Assembly: GCF_902713615.1 (NCBI RefSeq)
Contig: NC_052152.1
Span: forward strand, 52,117,810-52,181,809
Direction of reading: 5' to 3'
Source: Scyliorhinus canicula
Taxonomy: Eukaryota
DNA length: 64,000 bases
Position numbers and translations under genes: made by a program. The notes under the pieces are model-generated. The model did no database searches. It worked only from the letters and a program-made list of their open reading frames with translations, and had not been told where the DNA came from. Positions within the stretch are counted from its first letter, which is position 1. The number at the start of each line of letters is the position of its first letter. Below are positions 11,336-23,030 of this stretch, piece after piece.

Positions 11336-12055
11336 CAGGGGTGGGCAAACTACGGCCCGCGGGCCGCATGCGGCCCGACAAAGGTTTTTATGCGGCCCGC
11401 CAATGAGGTGCCCGGAATCATAACCGGCATTTTTGAAAAGCCGCCGGGGAAAAGCCGCTGAAGTAAATGCGCTTATTCAATAAGCGCATTTACTTCAGCA
11501 GCTTTTCCCCGGTGGCTTTTCAAAAATGCCGGTTATGATTCCGGGCACCTCATTGGCGGGCCGCATAAAAACGCGCATAGTGGGGTGGATGAGTGGGGCT
11601 GTCTCATTGGTCGGTTTAGTTGGGTGTGCGACCAATAGGAGTCCAGGTTACAAACAATAAGCCTTATTATTGTTTGTAACCTGGACTCCTATTGGTCACA
11701 CACCCAACTAAGCCGACCAATAAGGCAGCCCCACTCACCCACCCCACTACGCGCGTTTTTATCGTTGACTCTGCTAGGCTGTGCTTCTGTCAGTGTTAAG
11801 GATCAGCACAAGCAACTTGACACCTGATTTCAACAAACTGGTAAATGACTGCAGTCAGATGCATCATTCTCATTGACATTGTTCTGTTACTTACTGAGTT
11901 ACTTTGTTTTTCAAATAAATGTGCTTTTTTTTCTTTAAAGCCCTTTTATTTTGGCTATTTAAAATATTAATAATTTTACTTAATATGCTATGCGGCCCTT
12001 TAAAATTGTGAATTTCTGAATGTGGCCCTTGCACGGAAAAGTTTGCCCACCCCTG
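11336..12055. mobile_element. Non-autonomous hAT (Charlie-type) MITE with two internal hairpins
   Basis: TIR caggggtgggcaaact / agtttgcccacccctg, perfect 8-bp TSD atatacag (11328-11335 and 12056-12063), no ORF. Confidence 0.92.
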
Positions 12056-12063
12056 ATATACAG

Positions 12064-12402
12064 TGTAACAGTATGGTATTGTGTGGGAGATAAAGGGTTA
12101 ACAATTGCATGTAAATGCTTCTTACCACCAGATGGTGAGCAAGAGCAGTCACGTATATATCACGTGACGACCGTTGATTCTGGGAGAAGATGTTTAGGCG
12201 CGAGATAGAGTAGTTACGCATTTGAGAGTCCTGTAGTTAATGATACAATATAGTTTATTTTAGCAACCTTATACTTAGGAATATATTCAAATCGTTTTTA
12301 AGTAGTGTTAATAAATCAGCTTTGTTAATTTACTTAGCTTGATGTTCTTCATTCAACGCTCCCCATTCAAGACATCCAGACAAAGAAAACAGGAAACATC
12401 AC
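12064..12402 (+). mobile_element. Possible solo LTR
   Basis: About 340 bp foreign to the host L1, starting tg, ending ...catcaca, with aataaa near 12310. No clean TSD. Confidence 0.4.
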
Positions 12403-12661
12403 ATATAGAACCTCCCAATCAACCCCCTCGGTGTGTATTCAACTTTCTCCAAATTCTAACATTCCAGGAGGTTCACGAGCCATACCAAGGCACTGGGTGG
12501 AGAAGCTGACCTCCACTCCAGCAGAACCCACCTGCGAGCAGTCAGTGAGGCAAAGCTAAAACATCTGTCCCCGCTCTCGCCTGCAACTCCAGCAGCTCTG
12601 ACATCCAGAGTATGGCCCCGAAGGGACACAGCTCCAGCTCCCTGCCTAAGATCGCCGACAT

Positions 12662-12888
12662 TGGGCGGCATGCGACACAGTGGTTAGCACTGCTGACTAC
12701 GGTGCTGAGGACCTGGTTCGAATCCCAGTCCTGGGTCACTGTCCGTGTGGAGTTTGCACATTCACCCCGTGTCTATGTGGGTTTCACCCCCACAACCTAA
12801 ATGTGTGCATGTTAGGTGGATTGGCCATGCTAAATTGCCCCTTAATGGGGAAATAAAAATAATTGGGTACTCCAAATTTATTTTAAAA
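12662..12888 (+). mobile_element. HE1/V-SINE-like SINE (family A) nested in L1
   Basis: Family A core with ~14-bp TSD aagatcgccgacat / aagatcggcgacat (1 mismatch). Confidence 0.88.
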
Positions 12889-13009
12889 AAGATCGGCGAC
12901 ATAATGCTGAAGAAAGAGCCCCAAAGGTTTGCTAGCTTTGGACGTGCCCAGAACATATGTACGTGATGCTCTGGGCCCCTCCAACACCGCTCACACTTAT
13001 CTTCTAACC

Positions 13010-13920
13010 CAGTGTTCTTCAAAGTTGGGGGTGTGACCCGTGGGTGGGTCGCGGGCGGGTGTCGGGAGGGTCGCGGAGCCGTTGCCCGCATGCTCCTGAT
13101 CGCGCAAATCCCCGTGCAGCAGCCGGCTTTTCATAACACTGGCTGCAAGCGGCCACGAACATGTAAAAAAAAACTCAGCTGCATTGCACATGCATGCATG
13201 ATGATCGGCGCACATGCGCATTCCGCGAACATGTCAAAAATTTGGCCGCATTGCACATGCGCGCACAATGATCGGCGCGCATGTGCATTCAGCGAACATG
13301 TTAAAAAAATTTGGCCGCATTGTGCATGCGCGCACGATGATCAGCGCACATGAGCAAATGAGGCACGCATGCGCAGTGCGGCCACTAATTTTTTAAACAG
13401 TTACAGCTTTTTGTTTTATAAGTTCTGTAGTAGTTTTTATTCATTTATTCATTTATTTTATTCATTTAATTTTTTTTTCATTTATTTTATTCATTTTATT
13501 TTTTTATAAGTTTGAGGGGGTTTTATTAATTTTTTTCACTCATTTTATTTTATTTTTTTACAAGTTCAGGGGTGGGGGTTTATTTGATAAAATTTTACAG
13601 GAAAAAAATTCAGAACTTTGCACAGATGGAGACTCCATACTTTCCGACACCGGAAGGCTTCACCTTCATCCAAGAGGTTCCATTGGAGGAGCCTGTACGA
13701 GGGCCGAAGGGACCCAAAACCATTTCCTCCATTTTTGTCTGCAGCAAACAAGGTAAAAGAAAATGGTGGGTCGCGCAGGTTGGCCGGCGTGGGTCGCGAA
13801 GGTCGGCCGGCGTGGGACGCGAAGGTCGGCTGGCGTGGGACACGCAGGTGCCGGCGTAGGTCCCGAAGGTTGGCCGGTTGGTAAAAATGGGTCACCGGAA
13901 AAAAAGTTTGAAGAACACTG
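13010..13920. mobile_element. Non-autonomous hAT element nested in L1
   Basis: TIR cagtgttcttcaaa / tttgaagaacactg, perfect 8-bp TSD ttctaacc (13002-13009 and 13921-13928), subterminal gggtcgcg repeats. Confidence 0.92.
13181..13383. repeat. ~68-bp tandem repeat, about 3 copies, inside the hAT element
   Basis: Units start gcattg at 13181, 13248 and 13317; rich in catgcgca. Confidence 0.75.
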
Positions 13921-14710
13921 TTCTAACCCCTCAAACACCCAAATCATCCTTGCCCTCGTTAAGTGTACCCGATGCACCACCTTCAGTTGTATGAGCCCGA
14001 GCCTCGCACACAACGATATGGCATTCTTCCTCTGTAAAGCCTCACACCACACGTCCTCCTCCACTTCATGTTCTTGCTCCTCCTCCAATTTCACCTTAAT
14101 CCCTCCAGCGAGGTCCTGTCCTCCGCCAGCAGCCTCCCACAGATAGCTGAAGTTTTACCCTCCACTAACCCGGCCAAGACAGTATCCTCTCCACCAAGGA
14201 AGCACAACCAGAAAACGCGAATAAACTTTCCTTGCAAATTTCCAAACTTGCAAGTACCTGAACGCCCCCGGCTGCGCGAGCCCGAACCTCTCCACTAACT
14301 CCCCCAAAATAACAAACCACCCCTCCAGGAATAAATCCCCCAATATTGCCACCTACTTTTGCTCCCATCCCCTAAAGCTGCCGTCCACCTAGCCGGCTCA
14401 AACAGATGATTGTCCCTGATCGGTATCATTATCGGCTGTCTCCACGCTTTAAAATGCTGCTGTAATTGCTTCCATATTTTTTGCGTAGTCACCACCACTA
14501 GGTTCCCCAAAACTTCTTTGGGAAGAACGGGAGTTGGGCCATCACCAGCACCCATAATACTGATCCCTCACATGACCTGGCCTCCATCTTTACCCCGACT
14601 GACTCCTGACTCCGCACCCCCCCCCCCCCCCCCCCCCCCCCCGCACCGATCCAACAGCTTCTCCACATTCGCTGCCCAATAGTAATACAGCAGGATCGGT
14701 TGCCTCAACT

Positions 14711-15012
14711 GGTACGGTAGCACAGTGGTTAGCACTGTTGCTTCACAGCTCCAGGGTCCCAGGTTCGAATCCCTGCTGGGTCACTGTCTGTACGGAGTCT
14801 GCACGTTCTCCCCGTGCCTGCGTGGGTTTCCTCCCACCATCCAAAGACGTGCAGGTTAGGTGCATTGTCCATGATAAATTGCCCTTAGTGTCCAAAAAAG
14901 GTTAGCTGGGGTTACTGGGTTAGGGGGATAGGGTGGAGTTGTGGGCTGAAGTACGGTGCTCTTTCCTAGGGCCGAATGGCCTCCCTCTGCACTGTAAATT
15001 CTATGATTCTAT
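14711..15012 (+). mobile_element. HE1/V-SINE-like SINE (family A, long tail)
   Basis: Family A core plus ctatgattctat tail. Confidence 0.85.
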
Positions 15013-15129
15013 AAACCCCCCTGACCACACTAAACTGCCTCTTTCTTGGGAAAAAAAATATAATTGGGGACTCTAAAAAATTTTTTTAAATACTACAACC
15101 ATAATAACCAGGATTTGTAACGTCAACAA

Positions 15130-16430
15130 CTTATATTTATATTGCACTGCTAATGTAATAAAATGTCCCAGGGAGCTTCACAAACATGATTAAACAAAGC
15201 CACATAGGGAGATATTAGGTATGTAGAGATGTAGTGAGGGCATTCCATTGATTACAGAAGTGATTAAAATCAAGGATGCCCAAGAGATTAGAATTAGAGG
15301 AGCGTATATATCTTGGAGGGTTGTGAGGAGATCACAAAGATAGGGATTTGAAAATAAGGATGAGAATTTTAATATCAAAATGTTGCTTGACTGGAAGCCA
15401 ATGTAGGTTAACAAGCATGCGAGTGATAAAATGAGACCCGGGGCGGGATTCTCCCGTCCCACGGCAGAGTGTCCACGCTGTCGTAAACACCGTCGCGTTT
15501 TACAACGGCGTGAACAGGCTGCTCCCACAACTAATTCTGGCCCCTACAGAGGGCCAGCACGGCGTTGGAGCAGTTCATGCCGCTCCAGCTGTAGATTCCA
15601 GCACGAACTGTCCGCCGCGGGATCCGCGCATGCGCAGTTGCGCCGGTGCCAATGAGGACATGCGCAGTGGCACCGGCGCCAACGTGCCGGCCCTGACGCA
15701 ACATGGCGCAGGACTGCAGGGGCCGGCGTGTAGGAAAGGAGGCCCTCAGCCACAGAGGCCGGCCCGCCGATCGGTGAGTCCCGATCGCGGGCCAGGCCAC
15801 ATCGGAGGCCCCCCCGAGGTCGCTACCCCCCTTCCCCGCCAAAGGTCGCCTCCCGACCTTTATACACTAAGGTCCCGCCAGTCCAGAGCAGGTTAGAATG
15901 GCGCCGGCGGGACTCGGCTCTTTTCTTACGGCCGCCTGGCCCATCCGGGCTGGAGAATTGGCGCCACGCCAACTACGCCGGCACCAATGGCGCCAATTCT
16001 CCGCGGAGAATCCTGCCCCTGGTATGTGTTAAGACATGGGCAGGAGAGATTTGGATGTCCTCAAGTTAACACAGTGTAGAGTGTAGAAGACCAGCCTAGG
16101 TACTCAGTGGAATTGTCATGTCAAGATGCAAAAAAGGTAGATGAGCTGAGATAGGGACAAAAATGAGTGGTGTTACGGACATAGAGGTAGTCAGTCTTAG
16201 TGAGAGCATGAATATAAGGCCATTAGCTCATCTTGGGATCAAATGTGACACCAAGTTGCAAACAGATAGGCTGAATCTCCGACTGCTGCCAGGGAGGATG
16301 AAGTTGACAGCCTGGGAACAGGATCAAGAGGGGACTGAAAATAATTCTCTTTCCAATGTTTAATGTGGCAAAATTTGGGATCACCTAGTACTGGACGTTG
16401 GATAAGCAATTTGATAGTTTAGCAACAGTG
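15130..16430 (-). mobile_element. Old L2-clade LINE fragment split by a MITE
   Basis: Minus strand ILILKFSSLFSNPYLCDLL resembles the L2 ORF2 C-terminus; similar decayed sequence resumes after 16018. Confidence 0.55.
15441..16018. mobile_element. PIF/Harbinger-type MITE (CpG-rich)
   Basis: TIR gggcgggattctcc / ggagaatcctgccc, 3-bp flanks ccg / ctg. Confidence 0.8.
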
Positions 16431-16707
16431 GGCAGAATTTGATGGACTCCCACCGGTGGGTTTTCGGGTAATGGGGTGGGGCAGGGGGACGTCTAAAAAA
16501 TTCCCCTGGTGGCCTGTCCACTAGTCTCCGGTCTGCCTGCGACCTGACTGAAATTTCAGTGGGAGGGGATGAAACCTCGTGCGGGCTGCTCACCCTCGGC
16601 CTCAGGCCTTTAAGTGGCCATTTAATGGCAGAGAGATGGTCACTTCCCACTCAGTTTCAATTTTGATCAGGCCTCATGCAGGAACAGAAGCGCTCCAAAA
16701 TAGCCCT

Positions 16708-16809
16708 TGTGGTGAATGTATTCACCTAATGCATGAGCTGTCTGTATAATGATGTGACCGACAACCTGGAAGTGATGACACGGGCTACTTCCAGGTACTG
16801 TACTGGAAC
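16708..16809 (+). mobile_element. LTR fragment
   Basis: Reverse complement of ~9330-9426 (tgtggtgaatgta...ttccaggtac). Confidence 0.65.
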
Positions 16810-16819
16810 CCCGGTGGGT

Positions 16820-17255
16820 TCTTCCGTCCCTGACATCATGGCCCTCCCCCCCCCCCCTTCTCCCGGGCCCTAGCAGACCCCCCCCCCCACACCCCCCTAT
16901 CTAACCTGGCCAGCATCATAACCGGCAGCCTACATTCACGCCTCACCATGTCCTCTTCTCTCTCTCTCATCAGCCACGGTGCCTATTTCACAATTTTTGA
17001 AAGCACAAGTGAACCTCGGTGTTGGGAATTCGCCCCAGTGGAGGTGGAGAATCACGGAGGCCCCGGAGAATACCAGGTCAGTCTTGCTAATGATATGCCA
17101 ATGGCGTTTACTGTATGTGCGGAGTAGGACACATCGAGGCACCGGAGAATTGCGATTTGGTGTGAAACCGCTGCCCGCCACAATTTCGGCATCAAAACCG
17201 GATCTCTGCCCAATCACATTTCCCGATTCCAGGGTCAGCCGATGGTGAGCCCCGC
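16820..17255. mobile_element. Harbinger-type element fragment
   Basis: Contains ggagaat / attctcc-type motifs and C-runs typical of the Harbinger-derived elements here. Boundaries approximate. Confidence 0.45.
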
Positions 17256-18192
17256 CCCCTAACATTTTGTTCCTTTACTTGCCCCATAACCACGCTTTGC
17301 ACTATCATTTCTTTTGTCATTTATGCCGTAAGATCCCACCATTTTGTATGTTGGTTTTGACTGGTGAAGGAACAGTTGCGTGGACATAGATATGTCTGAC
17401 CAATAACTGCTTTATTGGATGAACATAACCATGTACGGATATACAAAACCATGGGTGGAATTTTACTGGAAAATGCAGCGAGCTGTTCAAAAGCCCACTG
17501 ACTTCAGCGGCACTGGAAAATCCCACTTGCCCATAAAATTCCACCCTATAGATGTTACTCTGTCTAAGCTATGAGCTTCCCCTTTCTCAACTCTTCGTCA
17601 GTTCCTCTCTTCTGCAACATCATGTGGGCTGTACTCTTTCTCCAGTCCCACACATTTACCCTTTCAGCCCTGAACATCATGATACCACAATTTAATCTCT
17701 CCTGCCCACACCTCATCACAAACCTTCCCTTTTGTTCTTTCCCCTCCCCCATCCCCATTGTTGCATTTGCTTACAACCAGTTTTAACCTCTGCCTAGGAG
17801 AACCCTTGCCCATGGGGCGATTCCTCACTCAGTCCCAATTGGCCACCCAGGCCAGGTGACCCTTACTCTGCTGTGTTGCCCTTAAAGGCACAATCACCAC
17901 AGTAGAGGAAGTGTTTGCTGAATACATATTATGAATAAAGTTTCCTTATGCTCTACCTTCTCATTGCTGCTGCTCATACTTCCCCCCTCTTCCTTGCAGT
18001 TTCCCCTCCAGACCACACATGGTTATAGTCAATTCATATCCCAAATAAGGCATCCAAAAACAGTGTAACACCGGCAAAATCATCTTCTCAGCTGTCAAGC
18101 CTAACTTTCCTCGATTAGAAAACAGGGCAAAAGCACCCAGATGCCAACCAACAGCCTAAAATGTGAAACCAGCAACGAACTTGTAAATATTA

Positions 18193-18339
18193 GAGGCTGG
18201 ATTCTCCCGCCCCGCCCCCCGCAATAATGCCGTGAATGAGTCGTGTACAGTGGAGAACTCCATTGGCCTCGGGGGGAGGGGGGGGGGCGGGGGCGGGAAT
18301 CTCCGATTGCCGGGCGATCGCAGCCGGAGAATCCCGCTC
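18193..18339. mobile_element. Short Harbinger-type MITE
   Basis: TIR gaggctggattctcc / ggagaatcccgctc. Confidence 0.65.
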
Positions 18340-18454
18340 TACATGCTCCCTTAAAACAGCACTGATGCTGGGAATTCTAGCTGAAAGCATTAGTATCATA
18401 TTGCCCTGTGCGGGGTGAATTCGCCATTCCGCCGGTGTGGGGGTAGCTACAATG

Positions 18455-19100
18455 AACAAAGAACAAAGAACAAAGAAAATTACAGCACAGGAACAGGCCT
18501 TTCGGCCCTCCCAGCCTGCGCCGATCCAGATCCTTTATCTAAACCTGTCTCCTATTTTCCAAGGTCTACTTCTCTCTGTTCCCCACCCGTTCATATATCT
18601 GTCCAGGTGTATCTTAAATGATGCTATCGTACCCGCCTCTACCACCTCCACTGGTAAAGCGTTCCAGGCACCCACCACCCTCTGCGTAAAAAACTTTCCA
18701 CGCACATCTCCCTTAAACTTTTCACCTCTCACCTTGAAATCGTGACCCCTTGTAACTGACACCCCCAATCTTGGAAAAAGCTTGTTGCTATCCACCCTGT
18801 CCATACCTCTTATAATTTTGTAGACCTCAATCAGGTCCCCCCCTCAACCTCCGTCTTTCCAACGAAAACAATCCTAATCCACTCAACCTTTCTTCATAGC
18901 TAGCACCCTCCATACCAGGCAACATCCTGGTGAACCTCCTCTGCACCCTCTCCAAAGCATCCACATCCTTCTGGTAATGTGGCGACCAGAACTGCACGCA
19001 GTATTCCAAATGTGGCCGAACCAAAGTCCTATACAACTGTAACATGACCTGCCGACTTTTATACTCAATACCCCGTCCGATGAAGGCAAGCATGCTGTAT
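18455..19100 (-). mobile_element. CR1 LINE 3' end
   Basis: LYRTLVRPHLEYCVQFWSPHYQKDVDALERVQRRFTRMLPG; (aacaaag)n tail at 18455-18476. Confidence 0.92.
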
Positions 19101-20899
19101 GCTGTATGGGAAATTCCTTTGGCCAGCGGCGGGACTGGAGAATCCCACTGCCGGCAACGGCGCGCCGATGAAAAACACCCAGCTGGGGAGGCGGGGGCTT
19201 TGGGAACTGATGGGCGCTTGATTTGACATTAAGCTTAAGTTATGCATTTCTTTTCTCGTTGGATATGATGCTCAGGACATCAGGTGGCATCTTGATGATA
19301 AATATATTAATCATGCTTCTTGGTGCGTGCTGCCTGAAACTTCTGCTCAGCATTATGGTCATGATTTAAAAAACCACAAACCTTTCTGAAAAATCCTGTT
19401 GCCTGGATAAGAGGTTGTGTGATCTCATTTCTGTCAAGCTGTAGAACTCAAAATGGAAGACGTAAGTTACATTAACTCCACCGCAATAAGCAACTGCACG
19501 ATTTCAGCCAGAATCTAAAAGCGCAAAGGAAAAGGTTTTCTGCACAAGTTAACGACAAAAAAACCACACAGAGAACATAATGGTCTGTCTCTGTCACAGT
19601 GGGTGAAAATAGATTACTACTGATATAAATTGTGCCTTTTCTTTCTCATTCGTCATTGTCACCCTGTGGTAGTTAACAGATTAGAATACACACACGCCCA
19701 TCAATTGTGTGCAGCTGCTATCTAGATCACTACTGAACACTACTGAAGGGTCAGAGGTCTTTCTGAACTGGAATTAGGATTTGGGCGAGTGCAGCTCCTT
19801 TTCCTGCTCCTTAAACCGATGGCTGGAAACGGGTAGAATCTCACAGAAGCCGAGCAAACTCTATCAGGACTGGACAGGGTCGATGCAGGAGGGATGTTCC
19901 TGATGGTAGGGGGAGTCCAAAACCAGGGATCATAGTCTGAAGACATGGGGTAGATTATTTAGAACTGAGATGAGAAGACATTTCTTCACCAGGAGAGTGG
20001 TGAGCCTCTGCAATTCGCCGCCACAGAAAGAAGTTGAGGCCAAAACATTGTGGGCAGAGTTTTCTACTCCCTGCGCTGGCAGCTAGACTCACGATCGGGC
20101 GGAGTAAATCACGATTTGCGCCCGCCGCTGAATTCGATGGATGCTCCGGACCCCCGCTAACGGCGTTGACCAGGTTCGTGCCCTGCGCTGGTGGGCCTAT
20201 GCATTTGCATGGATCTGAATGTCATTAGCAGGTTGGACACAGTATGCTCCACCCCTCCGCGATGCTCCCCCCCACCCTTCATTCGGGAGTCACCGGGGGT
20301 GTGAAATTATGCAAGTATTTACAAGCAGAGCCTGGACGCGATGACTGTTAAAGGGGAACGAAACGTAAGAAAAATCTCTCAACTTGTCAGGCCTGCGAGG
20401 GAACAGCTGCCTGGGCCACAGGGAGTGGTGGGGAATGACTTGGTGCCAAGTCTGTACACTCAGGGTGCACGCCTCGGAATTGGGGTGGCCTGGCTCAGAC
20501 AGCCATTGCTGCAGTATGTTATTTAAATGCACCCCTTTGGTGCAACCTCCAGGCTCCTGGATTTTCACACGGTTGACTGCCCACTGTATCCTGTAAACAC
20601 TCAGTGAGCCTCTGTTTCTGTGGGAAGCCACCTACCCCCCACACCCCCGGAAAACCGCATACCCCAACAGTATCATCAACACTGTGGGCGTGGCTATGCT
20701 CAGTCGCTGGCCCCCCAGGTGTTGGCACTCCTCAGAAGTGCAGCTCCACTGCAGGGGAAACGGGATTAACAGAGCTCACCTCAACCAAAGGACATCTGCA
20801 CCGTGACCTTTGAAACCCTCCCTGGCACACTGCCCCTCTCAGAATAGAGGCCTCACCAGTGACACTATCAGCTAGCCCACCCCTCAGGATCACCCGTTT

Positions 20900-23030
20900 C
20901 CTCCAAGCCACAACACTGGACGAACTGACGGAAAGATTTCAACTAACAGGGAGCAACAAATACAGGTACCTGCAGCTTAAAAACGTCCTACGCATGGAAA
21001 CAAGGACATGCCCATGACCGCCACGACAGTCACTACTGTTGCTCGTTGTGTTCTCCCTTTAATTGGCTCTGTTTATGGCGGTTAATATGGTCGCCGTCCT
21101 TAATTCTAATTACGTTTGCTCAAGAGTCGCCAGGTATCTGTCGATGCCGCCACAAGATTCAAAACCGAATACTGATCAAAGACTCGATGCACCAGTTAGT
21201 AAGTTCAAAATCAATGCTCATTTATTTACACACACAGTCAATTATACTCATGCACAAACTCTCACTAAACTATCACTACTACTAAAGCCTATACTTAGCT
21301 TCGGGCGCCCACTCAGTCAGATGGCCGTTGTCCAGTTTTGAGGCTGCTGGGGTCGAGCTGGTACGGAATAGTAGCTAGGCGCGCCTATCTCGTAGCGTGC
21401 GTTGACTTTGGACTTCCTTGTTCTGGTGCAGCTGCTAGGCAGGCCTCTCATCGCTGAGAGCCAAGGCCAAGAAGAACAAATCTCTCTTGGGGGCTTCTTC
21501 TTATACCCAAAGGGGGCTTTGCGCGCTTTTGGGCGGTCCTTGAACTTGGTCCCAATAAATTGGACCGTATCCTGATCACTGGTATCGATTTCCTCCTATA
21601 AAGGGGTGGCTGCCCTGATTGCTGGGCGGGCGCTAGGTGGCCGTTGGCCTGCTTTGTTCTAGTCTCCTCTGGCGCTGGGGTGTCTGCTTTAGTATCGTTT
21701 ACCTAAATGTTTCTCTTTTGTCCCCGGAGATGGCTCATTAGTATGGTAATGGCTTTGCAGTATCGGTCTTGTCTGGGAGCTACAGCTCCAATCAACAGAC
21801 AAACCTTGCATTGGCTTGCTTTCTCAGCATTGTCCATTTTTCCCTTCATTCTTTGCAAAGTGTCCATTTTGTAATCGGGACGTGGCCAACCCAGGTGGCT
21901 ACACTACTAGAAGAATTACTGGACGCAGACATCTCAGGCAGAGGGAACTGTAGAAACATGTACGGGCGACTGAGAGAGGGGCCGACACCAAACTGGACGA
22001 GACAAGATGTGCAAGGAGGACTTGGGGTTTGAAATAGGGTGGGGACTCTGGAGCGAAGCACTGCATAGGGTCAAATCCACCTCCACATGCGCAAGGCTCA
22101 ACCTAACACAACTAAAAGTGGTACAAAGATCCCACTTGACCAGAACCCGAATGATTAGATTCTTCCTGGAGGTGGAGGATAGATGTTAACAGTGCCAAGG
22201 AGGCCCGGCCAACCACGCCCACGTGTTCTGGTCTTGCCACAGACTTGCGGGGTACTGGACAGCTTTCTTCGAGGAAATGTCCAAAGTGGTGGGGATGAGG
22301 GTGGAGCCATGGCCAAAAGTGGTGGTCTTCAGGGTACCAGACCAGCCAGATCTATTCATGGGGAGGAGGGCCAACGCCCTTGCCTTTGCCTCCCTGATCG
22401 CCTGCCATAGAATCCTACTCAGCTGGCGGTCAGGAGCACCACCTAAAGCTGCAGACTGACTGTCCGACATATTGGAATTTCTGCAAATGGAGAAAATCAA
22501 ATTCACTATCCCTGGATTGGAAGACGACTTCTACAGAACATCGGAGCCATTCACCCGGCTATTCCAGTATCAGTTTGTGGCCAGTAACTAGGTAGCCAGG
22601 GAGAAAGACAAAGTAGCCAAGGCACAAAAGGAAAGGGAGGGCAGAGGGAGGGAGGGAGGGCAGAGGGAGGGAGGGAGGGCCCGGGGAAACAAGGAAGAGA
22701 AACTGAACCCAGCGGGAGGGTCGGGGACAGCAGGGAGGGAGGGGGAGGTGAGGGGGGGGACAACAACAGAGGGAGCCAGGAGGGAGAAAAGAGAGGGGAA
22801 CACGGAGGGGAAAGGAGACACAGGGACCACATCAAACGCAGCGAGGAGGAAAGAAAACAAAAGAATGAAAAGAAGAAACTATTTAAATCCATGCAAATAA
22901 CAAAAAACGACTGGAATGTAAATAACAGGTGCTCCCCCTTGCAAAATTCTTATCATTTTGTGTGTATTTATGTTGTGCTATGTATAACAAAAACCCAATA
23001 AAAACATTTTTTTTAAAATGTGATGATCGA
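20900..23030 (+). mobile_element. L1/Tx1-clade LINE 3' fragment nested in Harbinger
   Basis: WSEALHRVKSTSTCARLNLTQLKVVQRSHLTRTRM and MFWSCHRLAGYW; G/A-only 3' UTR at 22600-22870; aataaa near 22997. Confidence 0.82.
21037..21903. mobile_element. Solo LTR (867 bp) nested in L1
   Basis: TG...CA ends, 4-bp TSD ctac (21033-21036 and 21904-21907). The host L1 rejoins as gacagtcactactagaagaattac. Confidence 0.82.

Larger units (their letters stand above)
11190..14700 (-). mobile_element. L1/Tx1-clade LINE 3' portion, interrupted by four younger insertions
   Basis: Minus-strand ORF2 motifs WCEALQR...LCARLGLIQLKVVHRVHLTRARM, CERCWRGPEHHVHMFW and PKEVLGNL; 3' UTR near 11200-11330. Confidence 0.8.

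Noticed and set aside
13618-14146. Cluster of ORFs on both strands with repeated PADLR/GRRG peptides
   Set aside because: These are translations of hAT subterminal repeats fused to L1 remnants.
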